56,956 bases of DNA from a virus (taxonomy: Duplodnaviria; Caudoviricetes), in IMG/VR virus record IMGVR_UViG_3300036791_000660, positions 1 through 56,956 of that record; one strand, given 5' to 3'. Positions 8,200-17,535 of this stretch are shown one piece after another; within the stretch, counting starts at the first letter, position 1, and the number at the start of each line of letters is the position of its first letter. Under the pieces are notes generated by a model. The model made no database searches. It had not been told where the DNA came from and saw nothing but the letters and a program-made list of their open reading frames with translations. A program made the position numbers and the translations under genes.

Positions 8200-8420
8200 A
8201 ACTGGTCGATGTCACGTGGGGCGACCCGGTCAACATCCTGACGGTCGAGTGCTGCGGCGAGCAGTTCCGCCGGCCCTCGAACTACAGCCGGGTGCGTTGC
8301 CCTCGCTGCAACAAGATCGAGTTGTGGCATCGCGTGCAGCCGACCAAGCCCGGCAGCGGCTTCTTCGATGATCCGGTGATGGAGCAGCCGACATCACCCT
8401 TGACAAGTGTTGTCAGTTAG
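8196..8420 (+). CDS. Small Zn-finger-like protein
   Basis: ECCG..CPRC; ATGA overlap. Confidence 0.5.
   Translation: MKLVDVTWGDPVNILTVECCGEQFRRPSNYSRVRCPRCNKIELWHRVQPTKPGSGFFDDPVMEQPTSPLTSVVS
8401..8415. promoter_or_regulatory. Perfect TGACA-N5-TGTCA palindrome
   Basis: TGACAagtgtTGTCA; includes TTGACA. Confidence 0.65.
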
Positions 8421-8784
8421 TTCATTGGCCTTTGGTCGGGGAACGAGAGAGGCGCGACCACCTAAATGAATCAGACGGGGAGCCTTGCAGCACGCCGGGC
8501 ATTCAATGAGCAGGTCAGCATCATCGGCACGCTGAGCGGCGATCTCGCGGCGATTAAGCAGACCGTCATCGCGGCGGCGACCGCCGGCATCATCGACATG
8601 CGCCACACTCACAATGTCTACGGCCTTTGGCAGCGCGTGCAGAAGCCGAAGCGTCCGCTGTGGAGCCGGCGCGCGGTCGAGTCGGTGATGGACCAGCGCC
8701 GCGCCCAGCAGGCCGCCGAGTTCAACACCATCAGGCAATGGGTAGAGACCGGCCGCCAGCGCTGGCGGAAAGGACAGGCACGTC

Positions 8785-9009
8785 ATGGCCAAGGCGGAGA
8801 TACCGCAGCACCTGCGCCCGTATCACGAGGCGCGATGGAACGAATGGCAGGAACGGGTGGCCGAGGAGCGCGCCGAAGCCACCCGGCGCAACGTGGCGCG
8901 TGAACAAGAAGACAAGAGGCAGCGACACGACTGCCGCAAGCGAACAGGGAATGCAATCGTCGGCATCTACGAGGTGCTGAAGATGTGGTGCAGATTCGGC
9001 TTCTACTAG
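8785..9009 (+). CDS. Hypothetical protein
   Basis: AGGA RBS; phage-like codon usage. Confidence 0.5.
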   Translation: MAKAEIPQHLRPYHEARWNEWQERVAEERAEATRRNVAREQEDKRQRHDCRKRTGNAIVGIYEVLKMWCRFGFY

Positions 9010-9029
9010 AGAGAGCGGGAGGCTATCAA

Positions 9030-9329
9030 ATGCTATCGTCTGGATTCGGCATGAGCCTGTTGTACGGGCTCGTGATGCTGTTGCTGATGGGCGGCGTGGT
9101 GTGGCTCGGTCAGTACGCCGAGCAGAAGCGGCTGGCGTGGGTGCGCGCGATCTACGATTATTCAGGCGTGCTGCTCGTGGCCGCCCCGATGCTGATCCTG
9201 ATATGGCATCTCTACCTGATGAAGGAGGATCGTCGGGGCCACCTCGCCAATCCGACGCCGGTGGTGGAGGGCGCCACCAAGGCGCTGGTCGGCACACTGC
9301 CGGCCGGCGTCGTGCGCGCCAAGGACTAG
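9030..9329 (+). CDS. Two-TM membrane protein
   Basis: GGAGG RBS; two hydrophobic segments. Confidence 0.55.
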   Translation: MLSSGFGMSLLYGLVMLLLMGGVVWLGQYAEQKRLAWVRAIYDYSGVLLVAAPMLILIWHLYLMKEDRRGHLANPTPVVEGATKALVGTLPAGVVRAKD

Positions 9330-9481
9330 GCGATGAGACCCTTCGAGGTCGTCCTCATGTTGATCTTCTGGCTGATGTGCGCCGCCGTCTTCGCTATCAC
9401 CGGCGTGATCTCGTTCCTCGCGTGGGCAGCCGTCGTGACCGTCCAGAGAGCGCGTGCCCTTGCCCGACATTTCCTCTGACG

Positions 9482-9832
9482 ATGCGAAACCTCGATGAAC
9501 TGAACCACTGCCGCGTGCCACTGCCCGACGTGGTCGGTGGCGGCAACGGCAACTATCGCAACGGCGCGTTCCTGCTGGTGCGCAACGGCGTCGAGCTTCG
9601 CATCATCGCCAGTGCCGGCGGCGGCTGGGACCATGTGTCGGTCTCGACGCCGGACCGCGTGCCAGATTGGAGCGAGATGGAATTTATCAAGCGCACCTTC
9701 TTCAAGGATGACGAGGTGGCGATGCAGCTTCACGTGCCGTCGAAGGACCATATCAACATCAACCCGCGCACGCTTCATCTCTGGAGACCTCGCCTCACCA
9801 AGATTCCGCTGCCGCCCAAGGAGTACGTGTGA
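9482..9832 (+). CDS. Conserved phage hypothetical protein (GWDHVSVS family)
   Basis: GWDHVSVS..PDWSEMEFIK..QLH..HININPRTLHLWRP. Confidence 0.7.
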   Translation: MRNLDELNHCRVPLPDVVGGGNGNYRNGAFLLVRNGVELRIIASAGGGWDHVSVSTPDRVPDWSEMEFIKRTFFKDDEVAMQLHVPSKDHININPRTLHLWRPRLTKIPLPPKEYV

Positions 9833-10006
9833 TGCGTCAGCCCACCCAGAACGACGCCATCGCCATCTGCGAACGGCTCGACCTGTTGATCGAACTGCTG
9901 CGGGAGCGCCTGCCCGTGCCCTGCGAGCACGAGTTCATCGCCGTGCAACACCCTGACCTGCCGAACACGGCTTACAGCGTGTGCTGCAAATGCGGCTATC
10001 GCCCGA

Positions 10007-10219
10007 ATGGCTAAGACCTACATCTGCGCGTCGTGTGGCGGCGAGTTCGAGCAGGGCTGGGCCGACGAGGACGCGCGAGCCGAGCGCGTGGAGAAGTTCG
10101 GCGCACCCAAGCCCGGCGAGGTCGATGACGTGATCTGCGACGATTGCTACGCCGAGTTCATGAAGTGGTTCGAGTCGCTGACGCCGGAGCAGCGTGCGGA
10201 GATCGAGCGCGACCAGTAG
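10007..10219 (+). CDS. Small Zn-finger protein
   Basis: CASC..CDDC. Confidence 0.6.
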   Translation: MAKTYICASCGGEFEQGWADEDARAERVEKFGAPKPGEVDDVICDDCYAEFMKWFESLTPEQRAEIERDQ

Positions 10220-10220
10220 T

Positions 10221-10291
10221 ACCCTCCTTCTAGGGCGACCCTCAACATAGGGCGGATTGACTTTTGCAAACGCCTGTCCTATAATTAGGGC
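10221..10291 (+). promoter_or_regulatory. Strong sigma70 promoter with three CCCT-N6-AGGG-type palindromes
   Basis: TTGACT (10257)-17 nt-TATAAT (10280); palindromes at 10221-10236, 10238-10253 and around the -10 box. Confidence 0.8.
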
Positions 10292-10314
10292 GTTGTCAAT
10301 CACTAGGAGAGAGC

Positions 10315-10638
10315 ATGACACCGAACGACGAACTCCTGATCCCCGCGTTCCTGCGGGCGACAGGACCAGTGAAGAAGGTCCGCGCACCACGCTGGAAGAA
10401 GATGGCCAAGGTCGAGAAGCCGACGGCCGAGCGCTACGAGGACGCCGAACGCTACGAGGTGTTCATCGAGTCCACTGAGACCTTCCTGCGCAAGATCGCC
10501 TGCGGTCTGCGCCGGGTGTGGGTCGCCGAGGACGAGACCGGAGCGCGCAAGGTCTGGCTGCACGACGGCGAGACCGAGCAGAGCCTGCCGATGAGCGAGT
10601 GGCAGCGCATGTCCAACAAGGCGCGGAGGATCGCATGA
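10315..10638 (+). CDS. Hypothetical protein
   Basis: CTAGGAGAGAGC leader. Confidence 0.65.
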   Translation: MTPNDELLIPAFLRATGPVKKVRAPRWKKMAKVEKPTAERYEDAERYEVFIESTETFLRKIACGLRRVWVAEDETGARKVWLHDGETEQSLPMSEWQRMSNKARRIA

Positions 10639-11201
10639 CCGTCGCCGACGCCGTCTATACCGCGACCAACGCGCTGTGGATTCCGGTCGCCGACCAGATC
10701 GGAGTCTTCACGATGGCGGACGGGCTCAAGCTCGCCCGCCACCTGTGGGGCAAGTTCGGCGGGCGCACGGTGCGCTACCCCTACCGCGACGCCAACATGA
10801 TGCGGGGCCGGCGCGTCTGGGCGTCGTCGCCCACGAACCACCGCAGCCTCGCCCGTGGCGCGCGGCGCGTGGTGCACGATGTCAGCCACGCCCTGCATCA
10901 TGCGCGCTCGAACGGCCGCTTGCTCGATCACTGCCTGCCCCACGCCGAGCTTGAACGCGACATGGTGCGCTACGTGATCGAGGCCGGGCTGTACCGCAAG
11001 GTTGTCGAGCCGAAGCCCACCACCGACCAGCGCCGGGCGCGTGAGCTTGGTCGCACCATCGCCGGGATCAGGCGCTGGGAGACCAAGGCCAAGCGCGCCA
11101 ACACGGCCTTGAAAAAGCTGCGCCTCAAGGCGCGTCGGCTCAACGCCCTCGTTGCAGGGTCTGTGCAAGACTGCCAGAAACTGTCCACAGGTCCCTTGTA
11201 A
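10635..11201 (+). CDS. Hypothetical protein with HDVSH..H motif and basic C-terminal helix
   Basis: GGAGG RBS; ATGA overlap. Confidence 0.6.
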   Translation: MTVADAVYTATNALWIPVADQIGVFTMADGLKLARHLWGKFGGRTVRYPYRDANMMRGRRVWASSPTNHRSLARGARRVVHDVSHALHHARSNGRLLDHCLPHAELERDMVRYVIEAGLYRKVVEPKPTTDQRRARELGRTIAGIRRWETKAKRANTALKKLRLKARRLNALVAGSVQDCQKLSTGPL

Positions 11202-11231
11202 ACCCGGAGGTTCCACCCTATATTCAGGGTG
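11196..11231 (+). promoter_or_regulatory. sigma70 promoter with -10 inside CACCCT-N6-AGGGTG
   Basis: TTGTAA-17 nt-TATATT. Confidence 0.75.
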
Positions 11232-11302
11232 TCTCAGAGACACGTCCGACCGGCTATTTCGCCTTAACATCACAGGCATAACGCGAAACGCCCGACCGTC
11301 TC

Positions 11303-11358
11303 CTCGACCCCCAGCCCCGCCCGGCCCTGAAAAGCCGAGGCGGGGTCGGGGCGTTGAG
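11303..11358 (+). repeat. Conserved intergenic hairpin, copy 1
   Basis: GCCCCGCC-CGGC-cctgaaaa-GCCG-a-GGCGGGGT with an extended outer stem. Confidence 0.7.
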
Positions 11359-11407
11359 AGAACCGGCGAAGCAGCCCGAACGTAGGGCACGGCCACTAGG
11401 AGCGAGC

Positions 11408-11884
11408 ATGGCGAACCTTTTTGAGAGCGAGACTTGCAGCCGCTGCGGTGGCACTGGCCACTACAGCTACTGCCAGATGCACGGCACCACGTGCTTCGGT
11501 TGCAGTGGTCGCAAGGTCAAGCTCACCAAGCGCGGCTACGCTGCGCAGCAGTGGCTGATCAAGCAGCAGTCGAAGCCGGTCAGCGAGCTTCAGGTCGGCG
11601 ACCTGATCCGCGAGGAGGATTTCTTTTCGAGCCTGATCGCGTGGATGCGAATCGACAAGATCGAGGTCGATGCCGACGGCAGGTTCAACCTGTCGGTGTC
11701 GTACCAGCGCAAGCACGAGACCACGCGCCGCGAGCTTGGCTTCAACGGCCTCCCGGCGACCGACACCAAGCGGGTCCGGCCCGGCACCAAGGCCGAGCTT
11801 CGCTGGCAGCAGATGGTCGGCCTCGCTTATCAGGCGACGCTCACCAAGGCCGGTACGGTGCGCAAGGCCCGCAAGGCCGCCTAA
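11408..11884 (+). CDS. Zn-finger (CxxCxGxG) hypothetical protein
   Basis: CSRCGGTG..CFGCSG; CTAGGAGCGAGC leader. Confidence 0.7.
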   Translation: MANLFESETCSRCGGTGHYSYCQMHGTTCFGCSGRKVKLTKRGYAAQQWLIKQQSKPVSELQVGDLIREEDFFSSLIAWMRIDKIEVDADGRFNLSVSYQRKHETTRRELGFNGLPATDTKRVRPGTKAELRWQQMVGLAYQATLTKAGTVRKARKAA

Positions 11885-11885
11885 C

Positions 11886-11928
11886 CCTCTAGCCCCGCCT
11901 AGCCCTGAGAAGCTACGCGGGGCAGAGG
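11886..11928 (+). repeat. Conserved intergenic hairpin, copy 2
   Basis: GCCCCGC-c-TAGC-cctgagaa-GCTA-c-GCGGGGC. Confidence 0.7.
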
Positions 11929-11940
11929 AGTCAGAGGGCC

Positions 11941-11976
11941 TTGACAGTCCGGGGTCCACACCCTAAATCAAGGGTG
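11941..11976 (+). promoter_or_regulatory. sigma70 promoter with -10 inside CACCCT-N6-AGGGTG
   Basis: TTGACA-17 nt-TAAATC. Confidence 0.75.
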
Positions 11977-12001
11977 CCAGAAAACAGCAACAGGAGAGCA
12001 A

Positions 12002-12226
12002 ATGCAAGTGTGTGAGATGATCAATCAGGCGACCGACAGCTTCGACAAGGTGCAGTCGTTCGCCAAGGTGCAGAAGGCCATCGAGTTCAAGGAGGCCTAC
12101 AAGCACCGCACCGGCCACCGCCCGAGCCTCGTGAGCATCATCGTTCTGTGGCAGGACGCCGAGGCCAAGTTGGCGGCCCTTCACGCCAAGGTCGCGATGC
12201 TGGAGGCCGCCGGCGGCCCGCTCTAA
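12002..12226 (+). CDS. Hypothetical protein
   Basis: AGGAGAGC leader after the promoter. Confidence 0.65.
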   Translation: MQVCEMINQATDSFDKVQSFAKVQKAIEFKEAYKHRTGHRPSLVSIIVLWQDAEAKLAALHAKVAMLEAAGGPL

Positions 12227-12240
12227 ACGCCACCCGTACA

Positions 12241-12273
12241 GCCCCGCCACGGATTGAGCCCCGTGAGCGGGGC
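12241..12273 (+). repeat. Conserved intergenic hairpin, copy 3
   Basis: GCCCCGC-CACGG-attgagcc-CCGTG-a-GCGGGGC. Confidence 0.7.
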
Positions 12274-12337
12274 CAAGGAGTCGGAAAGGCCTCGATAGTC
12301 GCGGCCTCAACGAGAAGCAAAGGAAGTCGAAATCGCG

Positions 12338-12541
12338 ATGAGAGCCGTACTAATCGCCGTCACGCTGTTGGCGTGCGCGATGTCTACCTCGGGCTGCGCT
12401 GCCCTTGTTGTGGGTTACTTGGTGGGCGATGGCATGGCCCGGTCCGACCGGATCAAGGCGTGCCGCACCAACCTGCAGACCATCAACACGGCGCGGATGG
12501 CCAAGAGCCAAGAGCCGTTCCCCGACCAGTGCGGGGGCTGA
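12338..12541 (+). CDS. Small lipoprotein-like protein
   Basis: Signal peptide with a TSGC lipobox-like motif. Confidence 0.55.
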   Translation: MRAVLIAVTLLACAMSTSGCAALVVGYLVGDGMARSDRIKACRTNLQTINTARMAKSQEPFPDQCGG

Positions 12542-12550
12542 ACCACTCCC

Positions 12551-12583
12551 ACCCCGCCACGCCCTGAGAAGCGTGCGCGGGGT
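12551..12583 (+). repeat. Conserved intergenic hairpin, copy 4
   Basis: ACCCCGC-CACGC-cctgagaa-GCGTG-c-GCGGGGT. Confidence 0.7.
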
Positions 12584-12615
12584 CAAGGCGTCGAGAGACC
12601 CAACTAGGAGAGAGC

Positions 12616-12798
12616 ATGACCCGCAAAGACTTCCAACTGATCGCCGACGTGGTCGCCACGATCACCGACGACGAGACCCGCCGCGCGGTCGCCGACGCCT
12701 TCGTCAAGAAGCTCGAAGCGACCAACCCCCGGTTCAGCCAGATGGCCTTCGAGGTCGCCTGCAAGGTGCCGGTGAGACTCGGCCGGAGGGTCGCGTAA
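12616..12798 (+). CDS. Conserved small phage protein (MTRKDFQLIA...NPRF)
   Basis: CTAGGAGAGAGC leader; common phage N-terminus. Confidence 0.7.
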   Translation: MTRKDFQLIADVVATITDDETRRAVADAFVKKLEATNPRFSQMAFEVACKVPVRLGRRVA

Positions 12799-13451
12799 TG
12801 CCGCGCGTTCATCATGTCCTGAAGGCGCGCAAGGCGCAGCCTGAGAACGGCATCGCGGTCGGCGACTCCTACTTCTGGTGGGAGTTCAAGACCGGGCCGC
12901 GTTCGAGCCGGCGCGTCGTCAGCAAGAAGGCGCCCCGGCCGTCGCAGTTAACGATGTCGGATTTCAAGTCGCAGTGGCGCGGCTTCGCCGAGGAGATGCA
13001 GGACCTCGCGCTGGACGACAGCCTGCACGACGCCTTGCAGGAGATCGCCGGCCGCATCCGCGACCTCGGCTCCGAGCAGGAGGACAAGCTCGGCAACATG
13101 CCCGACGGCCTGCAGCAGTCGCCGACCGGCGAGTTGCTGCAGGAGCGCGTCGATGCCTGCTCGAACTGGGCCGACGAGATCGAGGGGCTGGAGCAGCCCG
13201 AGCTTGAGGAGCCGGAGACACCCGACTTCGAGGACCGCGTCGAGGACGCGACGTACTACACGGCCGAGGTCGGCACCGACTTCGAGACCGCCGAGGACGC
13301 CTATGATGCCATGTACGACGCCGCCCACATCGCGTGGGAGGAGTACGGCACCGAAGTCCTCGATGCCATCGAGCGCGCCCGCGAGGAGTACGACTCCGCG
13401 CTGGAGAGCCTGAAGGAAGACGCCATCAACGCCGATCCGGGCGAGGTCTGA
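12798..13451 (+). CDS. Hypothetical protein with a very acidic C-terminal two-thirds
   Basis: GGAGG RBS, TAATG overlap; D/E-rich. Confidence 0.7.
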   Translation: MPRVHHVLKARKAQPENGIAVGDSYFWWEFKTGPRSSRRVVSKKAPRPSQLTMSDFKSQWRGFAEEMQDLALDDSLHDALQEIAGRIRDLGSEQEDKLGNMPDGLQQSPTGELLQERVDACSNWADEIEGLEQPELEEPETPDFEDRVEDATYYTAEVGTDFETAEDAYDAMYDAAHIAWEEYGTEVLDAIERAREEYDSALESLKEDAINADPGEV

Positions 13452-13452
13452 G

Positions 13453-13665
13453 ATGGCGAAGAAGTTCACCATGACGCAGACGCAGTGGGAGGCACTGGTG
13501 AAGGCCAGCGTCCGGGTCAACAACACGGACGACGTGCCGAAAATCGCCGCCCTGTGCGTCGAGCACGACTGCGGGACGTGGCACGCCGCCGCGATGTTCT
13601 ACGGGCACCTGAACCGCTGCCCGTGCGCCACCTGCATCAAGGCGCGGGCCGAGGCGCTGCGATGA
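13453..13665 (+). CDS. Hypothetical protein
   Basis: GAGG RBS; coupled ORF. Confidence 0.55.
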   Translation: MAKKFTMTQTQWEALVKASVRVNNTDDVPKIAALCVEHDCGTWHAAAMFYGHLNRCPCATCIKARAEALR

Positions 13666-14234
13666 CCCACGACGAACTCGAACGCGGCATCAGGACGAAC
13701 CAGTGGCCGCGCCACACCCACACGCCATGGCCACAGCCGCAGGCTCCCGTCCGCCTGACCAACTCGTGGAACTCGCTGTACTGGCCCGAGGCCAACATGA
13801 GCCGGCCCGATTCGTATTTCGAGGCGCTGGCGCGCGAGGAGCAGCACCTGCGCGAGCAGCGCTACGAGTTGAAGATGAGGGCGCCATGGGCTTTCTGATC
13901 TTCCTCGCCATCCTTTGGCTGCTGGCCGGCACGCGCGTGGGCAACTTCTTGTTCACCGTGCTGGGCGCGGCCATCTGGTTCGGCGTCGCCTACGTGGTGC
14001 TGCACTCATGAGCGGCGGCAAGGCCTGCAAGTGCCCGGAGTCGAAGAAGACGCTGATGCGCTCGCGCAACTGGGTGGTCTACCAGCGCAACTGCAACCAC
14101 TCGGCGTTCAACGGCTACCGCTACACGCCGAGCGACTGGTCGTGCGTCGGCTGCCGCTCGTGTGGCGCGGTGTGGCGGACCAAGGCCAGCTACATCGGCT
14201 TTCTGCTCGACAAACATCAACTGAGGGACCCGTC

Positions 14235-14263
14235 TTGACCGCCGGGTTTCGGCACCCTACTTT
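14235..14263 (+). promoter_or_regulatory. sigma70 promoter
   Basis: TTGACC-17 nt (ending CACCC)-TACTTT. Confidence 0.65.
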
Positions 14264-14284
14264 CATGGCAATAGGAGAGAGCAA

Positions 14285-14884
14285 ATGATACCGACAGAAG
14301 ACGTAGTGGCGGACACGCCCGCCCGGAAGATCGAGGCCGCCATGGCGCGCCACGGCCTCCTGATCACGGCCGAGTTCGTGCCGTACAGCCAGAGCCGCAA
14401 CAAGGACGAGGACAGGCCCTGCCTGAACTGGAAGGTCTCGCTGAAGCGCATGGCGTTCATCGGCGACACGTTCCGGCCGGGCTCGGAGCGCACCATCCTG
14501 ACGACCGACTTCTCGGCCGGCATCGCGCACTGCCCGAGCTACCGCAACAGCCGGCGCGACCAGTCGGTCGATGAGGCCGGCGCCATCGCGTGGGAGTGCG
14601 AGCACGGCCAGAGCCATGGCCTGTACCCGGCCGAAATGGGCAAGGGCTTCAAGCGGCAGGCGATCCTGCCCGACACCGCCAGCGTCATGCACTCGCTGGT
14701 GCTCGACTACGACGTGATGCGCTACCCGACCTACGAGGAGTGGGCACCCGAGGTCGGCTTCGACCCGGACAGCCGCAAGGGCGAGCGCGTCTACAACGCG
14801 GGACGCGAGATCGCGCACAAGATGTACGCCGCGCTCGGCGACAAGGTGATCGAGGACCTGCGCGCCGCCGGGGAGGACCTGTGA
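14285..14884 (+). CDS. Hypothetical phage protein
   Basis: TAGGAGAGAGC leader; YEEW..GFDPDSRKGE motif. Confidence 0.7.
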   Translation: MIPTEDVVADTPARKIEAAMARHGLLITAEFVPYSQSRNKDEDRPCLNWKVSLKRMAFIGDTFRPGSERTILTTDFSAGIAHCPSYRNSRRDQSVDEAGAIAWECEHGQSHGLYPAEMGKGFKRQAILPDTASVMHSLVLDYDVMRYPTYEEWAPEVGFDPDSRKGERVYNAGREIAHKMYAALGDKVIEDLRAAGEDL

Positions 14885-15098
14885 TGTCCGACATCCAGAA
14901 CGGCCTGCACACGGTCGCCGTGCCGGCCTACGAACCACGCCGGCGCTGCTGGGCGGTTACGAACATTCGTCGCTGGAAGATCGGCGACCTCGACCTTGAG
15001 ATTTGCGGGCGCAAGCCGCGCAAGGGCCGCCTGACCTGTGACGCCCACGCCCAGTACGAGGCCGACGCGCAGGCGCTGCGCAAGAAGCGGGGGATCGC

Positions 15099-15332
15099 GT
15101 GATCGAGCACATCCTCTTGGGCATCATCGGCGTCATGGCGGCGATGCTGGTCGCCATGGTCGGCTTCTGGCTCATGCGAGTCGAACGCCTGATCACCAAC
15201 TTCGACGGCAAGTTCGACGGCCTGAGCAATCGGCTCGGCGCGGTCGAGCAGGGCGTCGCCGGGCTGAACGGCCGGATCGACGCCTTCGGCCAGCGGCTCA
15301 ACCGCATGGAAGCCAACGGCAAGGTGACGTGA
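15099..15332 (+). CDS. TM helix plus coiled-coil protein
   Basis: N-terminal hydrophobic helix and heptad repeats; a similar ORF follows (15332-15511). Confidence 0.55.
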   Translation: MIEHILLGIIGVMAAMLVAMVGFWLMRVERLITNFDGKFDGLSNRLGAVEQGVAGLNGRIDAFGQRLNRMEANGKVT

Positions 15333-15662
15333 TGGAATCGGACACCATCAAGTGGGTGATCGGCGGCCTGCTGGCCGTGATCGCCGCCGGGCTGGGCTAC
15401 TTCCTGATCAAGCTCGATGAGGACATCCGCCGGCTGAACAATTCGGTGCACCGCCTCGAAGTGACGTTCGCCAAGGTCGTGAAGCGCAAGCGCTGGAAGG
15501 CTCCCCGATGATGAAGCCGCTCGCGATGATCGTCGGCGTGCTGCTCGTGGGCGTCGGCCTGTGGGGTGACGTGCCCCACTTCGGCGGTCTCCTTGTTGTG
15601 TGGATCGGCCTCGCGCTGATCCTCGGGCCGCTGATCGGCGCGTGGCTCGCCCGGCGGCAGCC

Positions 15663-15926
15663 ATGAAGAAGCTCCTGCTCTGGCTGGCCGTGCTCGGGCT
15701 CGCGGTGGCTCCGGCGGTGGCGCGCACCCAACGCAATCCCGAGGTGCCGCGCCAGTTCCAGCGCTCGCATCCGTGCCCCTCGACCGGCCGCACGACCGGC
15801 GCCTGCCCCGGCTATGTGCGCGACCACATCGTGCCGCTCTGCAAGGGTGGCCCTGACAGCCCGAGCAACATGCAATGGCAGACCGTCAGGGACGGCAAGG
15901 CCAAGGACAAGTGGGAGTGCAAATAG
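15663..15926 (+). CDS. HNH-like nuclease with an N-terminal signal peptide
   Basis: DHIVPLCKGGPDSPSNMQWQT; MKKLLLWLAVLGLAVAPAVA leader. Confidence 0.7.
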   Translation: MKKLLLWLAVLGLAVAPAVARTQRNPEVPRQFQRSHPCPSTGRTTGACPGYVRDHIVPLCKGGPDSPSNMQWQTVRDGKAKDKWECK

Positions 15927-15930
15927 GGGC

Positions 15931-15990
15931 TGCCAGAAATCGTCAATTCGGCCCTTGCAATGGGCTGGGAGATACCCTAAATAGAGGGTG
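15931..15990 (+). promoter_or_regulatory. sigma70 promoter with both operator types
   Basis: TGCCA-N5-CGTCA (15931); TTGCAA (15955)-17 nt-TAAATA; ACCCT-N6-AGGGT (15974-15989). Confidence 0.75.
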
Positions 15991-16029
15991 TCGCCGGGGA
16001 CATTCCCGGTTCTAGGAGAGAGCCAACAA

Positions 16030-17112
16030 ATGCAAAAAGGTCTTACGCTTGTAGAGATGGCCCAGAAGATCGAGGGCCTGAAGACGATGAAGAAGGACTT
16101 CATCGCCGATACGTCCAGCATGGAGATGGTGGTTGCGGACAAGAAGCCCGCGCTGCTGATCCCCTCGCAGGGCCAGTTCCCCGTGCTGCCGCTGGCGCAT
16201 AACCAGATCGCCGCGCGACTCGAAATGCCGGTCAAGTATTACGACCGCATGGCGCACGAAGCTCCCGAGCTTCTGGCGACCAACGTCAACCACTGGTTCA
16301 AGTCGTCCAGCGAGAAGCGGATGGTCCGCACGCTGTCGGGCAACACCCGCGCGTTCCTGTCGAACAAGTACCAGCGCATCGAGAACGAGGAGATCGCGCA
16401 GGTCGCCCTGCCGATCCTCATGAACACGCCCGGCCTCAAGGTCGTGTCGTGCGAGGTCACTGAGCGCCGCCTCTACATTCAGGCGGTCAACACCAACATC
16501 AAGCGCGAGATCAAGAGCAAGCGCGTCGGCGATGTCGTTGAGTCCGGCGTCGTGATCTCGAACTCCGAGGTCGGCCACGGCTCGGTGTCGGTCAGCGAAC
16601 TCGACTGGTATCTCGCCTGCCTGAACGGCATGATTGCCAGCAAGCTGATGCGGGCCAACCATGTCGGCCGGCTGATCGAGGACAACAACGACCTGTGGGC
16701 CGACGACACCAAGAAGGCCGACGACAAGGCGCTGGTGCTCAAGGTCCGCGACATGATCACGGCCGCGATGGACCCGACCCGGTTCAACGCTCGCATGGAC
16801 AAGGTGCAGAGCCTGACCGAGGTCAAGATCACGGGCAGCGTGCAGGCCTCGGTCGAGGTGCTGGGCCAGAAGATCGGTGCCTCGCAGGAGGAGACCGGCA
16901 ACATCCTGAAGGCCCTGATCGAAGGCGGCGACCTGTCCGCGTTCGGCATCCTTCAGGCGGTCACGGCGCAGGCGCACGACGCGCCGAGCTACGACCGGGC
17001 GGTCGAGTTCGAGGCGGCCGGTGGCCAGTTGATCGAACTGCAGCCGAGCGAATGGCGCGAAGTGCTGGAAGCCGACAAGGCTCCGGTGCGTCGCATGAGG
17101 AAGGCGGCCTAG
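16030..17112 (+). CDS. DUF932-family protein
   Basis: RAFLSNKYQRIEN, GVVISNSEVG.GS and CLNGM motifs. Confidence 0.8.
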   Translation: MQKGLTLVEMAQKIEGLKTMKKDFIADTSSMEMVVADKKPALLIPSQGQFPVLPLAHNQIAARLEMPVKYYDRMAHEAPELLATNVNHWFKSSSEKRMVRTLSGNTRAFLSNKYQRIENEEIAQVALPILMNTPGLKVVSCEVTERRLYIQAVNTNIKREIKSKRVGDVVESGVVISNSEVGHGSVSVSELDWYLACLNGMIASKLMRANHVGRLIEDNNDLWADDTKKADDKALVLKVRDMITAAMDPTRFNARMDKVQSLTEVKITGSVQASVEVLGQKIGASQEETGNILKALIEGGDLSAFGILQAVTAQAHDAPSYDRAVEFEAAGGQLIELQPSEWREVLEADKAPVRRMRKAA

Positions 17113-17131
17113 CCTTCCTCCTCTCCCCGAC

Positions 17132-17180
17132 CCCCGTCCCGGCCGCGTACTTGGCCGGGCGGGGCGAAGGAGACGGAAAG
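17132..17180 (+). repeat. Conserved intergenic hairpin, divergent copy 5
   Basis: CCCCGT-c-CCGGCC-gcgtactt-GGCCGG-GCGGGG, then cgaaggagacggaaag (compare ccaaggagtcggaaag after copy 3). Confidence 0.55.
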
Positions 17181-17190
17181 CCGAAACACC

Positions 17191-17535
17191 ATGAAGAAAT
17201 TCATCACCACACTGGCGCTCTGCGCCACACCGCTGGCGGTTCACGCTGGCAATGCCGATCCGGCAAGCGCCGGGCTCGGCTTCCTGACCCTCGGCATCAT
17301 CTTGGCCTGCTACTTCCTGCCCAGCATCATTGCGATGGTGCGGGGCAAGGCCACTGGCACGGGCGGCGTGGTCTTCGTCAACTTCTTCTTGGGCTGGACG
17401 GTGGTCGGCTGGTTCCTCGCCTTCGTGTGGGCGTGCACCGGGCTGACCAACGCCGACAAGGCCCGCGAGCAGCGCCGCCACGAGGAAATGATGGCAGCGG
17501 TGAGCGGCCGGATTCCGCCGAGGGCGCGGTCATGA
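17191..17535 (+). CDS. Superinfection immunity protein (T4 Imm-like)
   Basis: YFLPSIIA..VNFFLGWTVVGW..AFVWA. Confidence 0.85.
   Translation: MKKFITTLALCATPLAVHAGNADPASAGLGFLTLGIILACYFLPSIIAMVRGKATGTGGVVFVNFFLGWTVVGWFLAFVWACTGLTNADKAREQRRHEEMMAAVSGRIPPRARS

Noticed and set aside
11323-12575. GCCCTGA(A/G)AAGC loops as lambda boxB or hammerhead core
   Set aside because: The pairing differs from boxB (8-nt loop, no AGGGC arm), and the hammerhead CUGANGA/GAAA three-stem core is absent.
11303-12583. Integron attC cassette array
   Set aside because: No RYYYAAC/GTTRRRY boxes and no integron integrase in the window.
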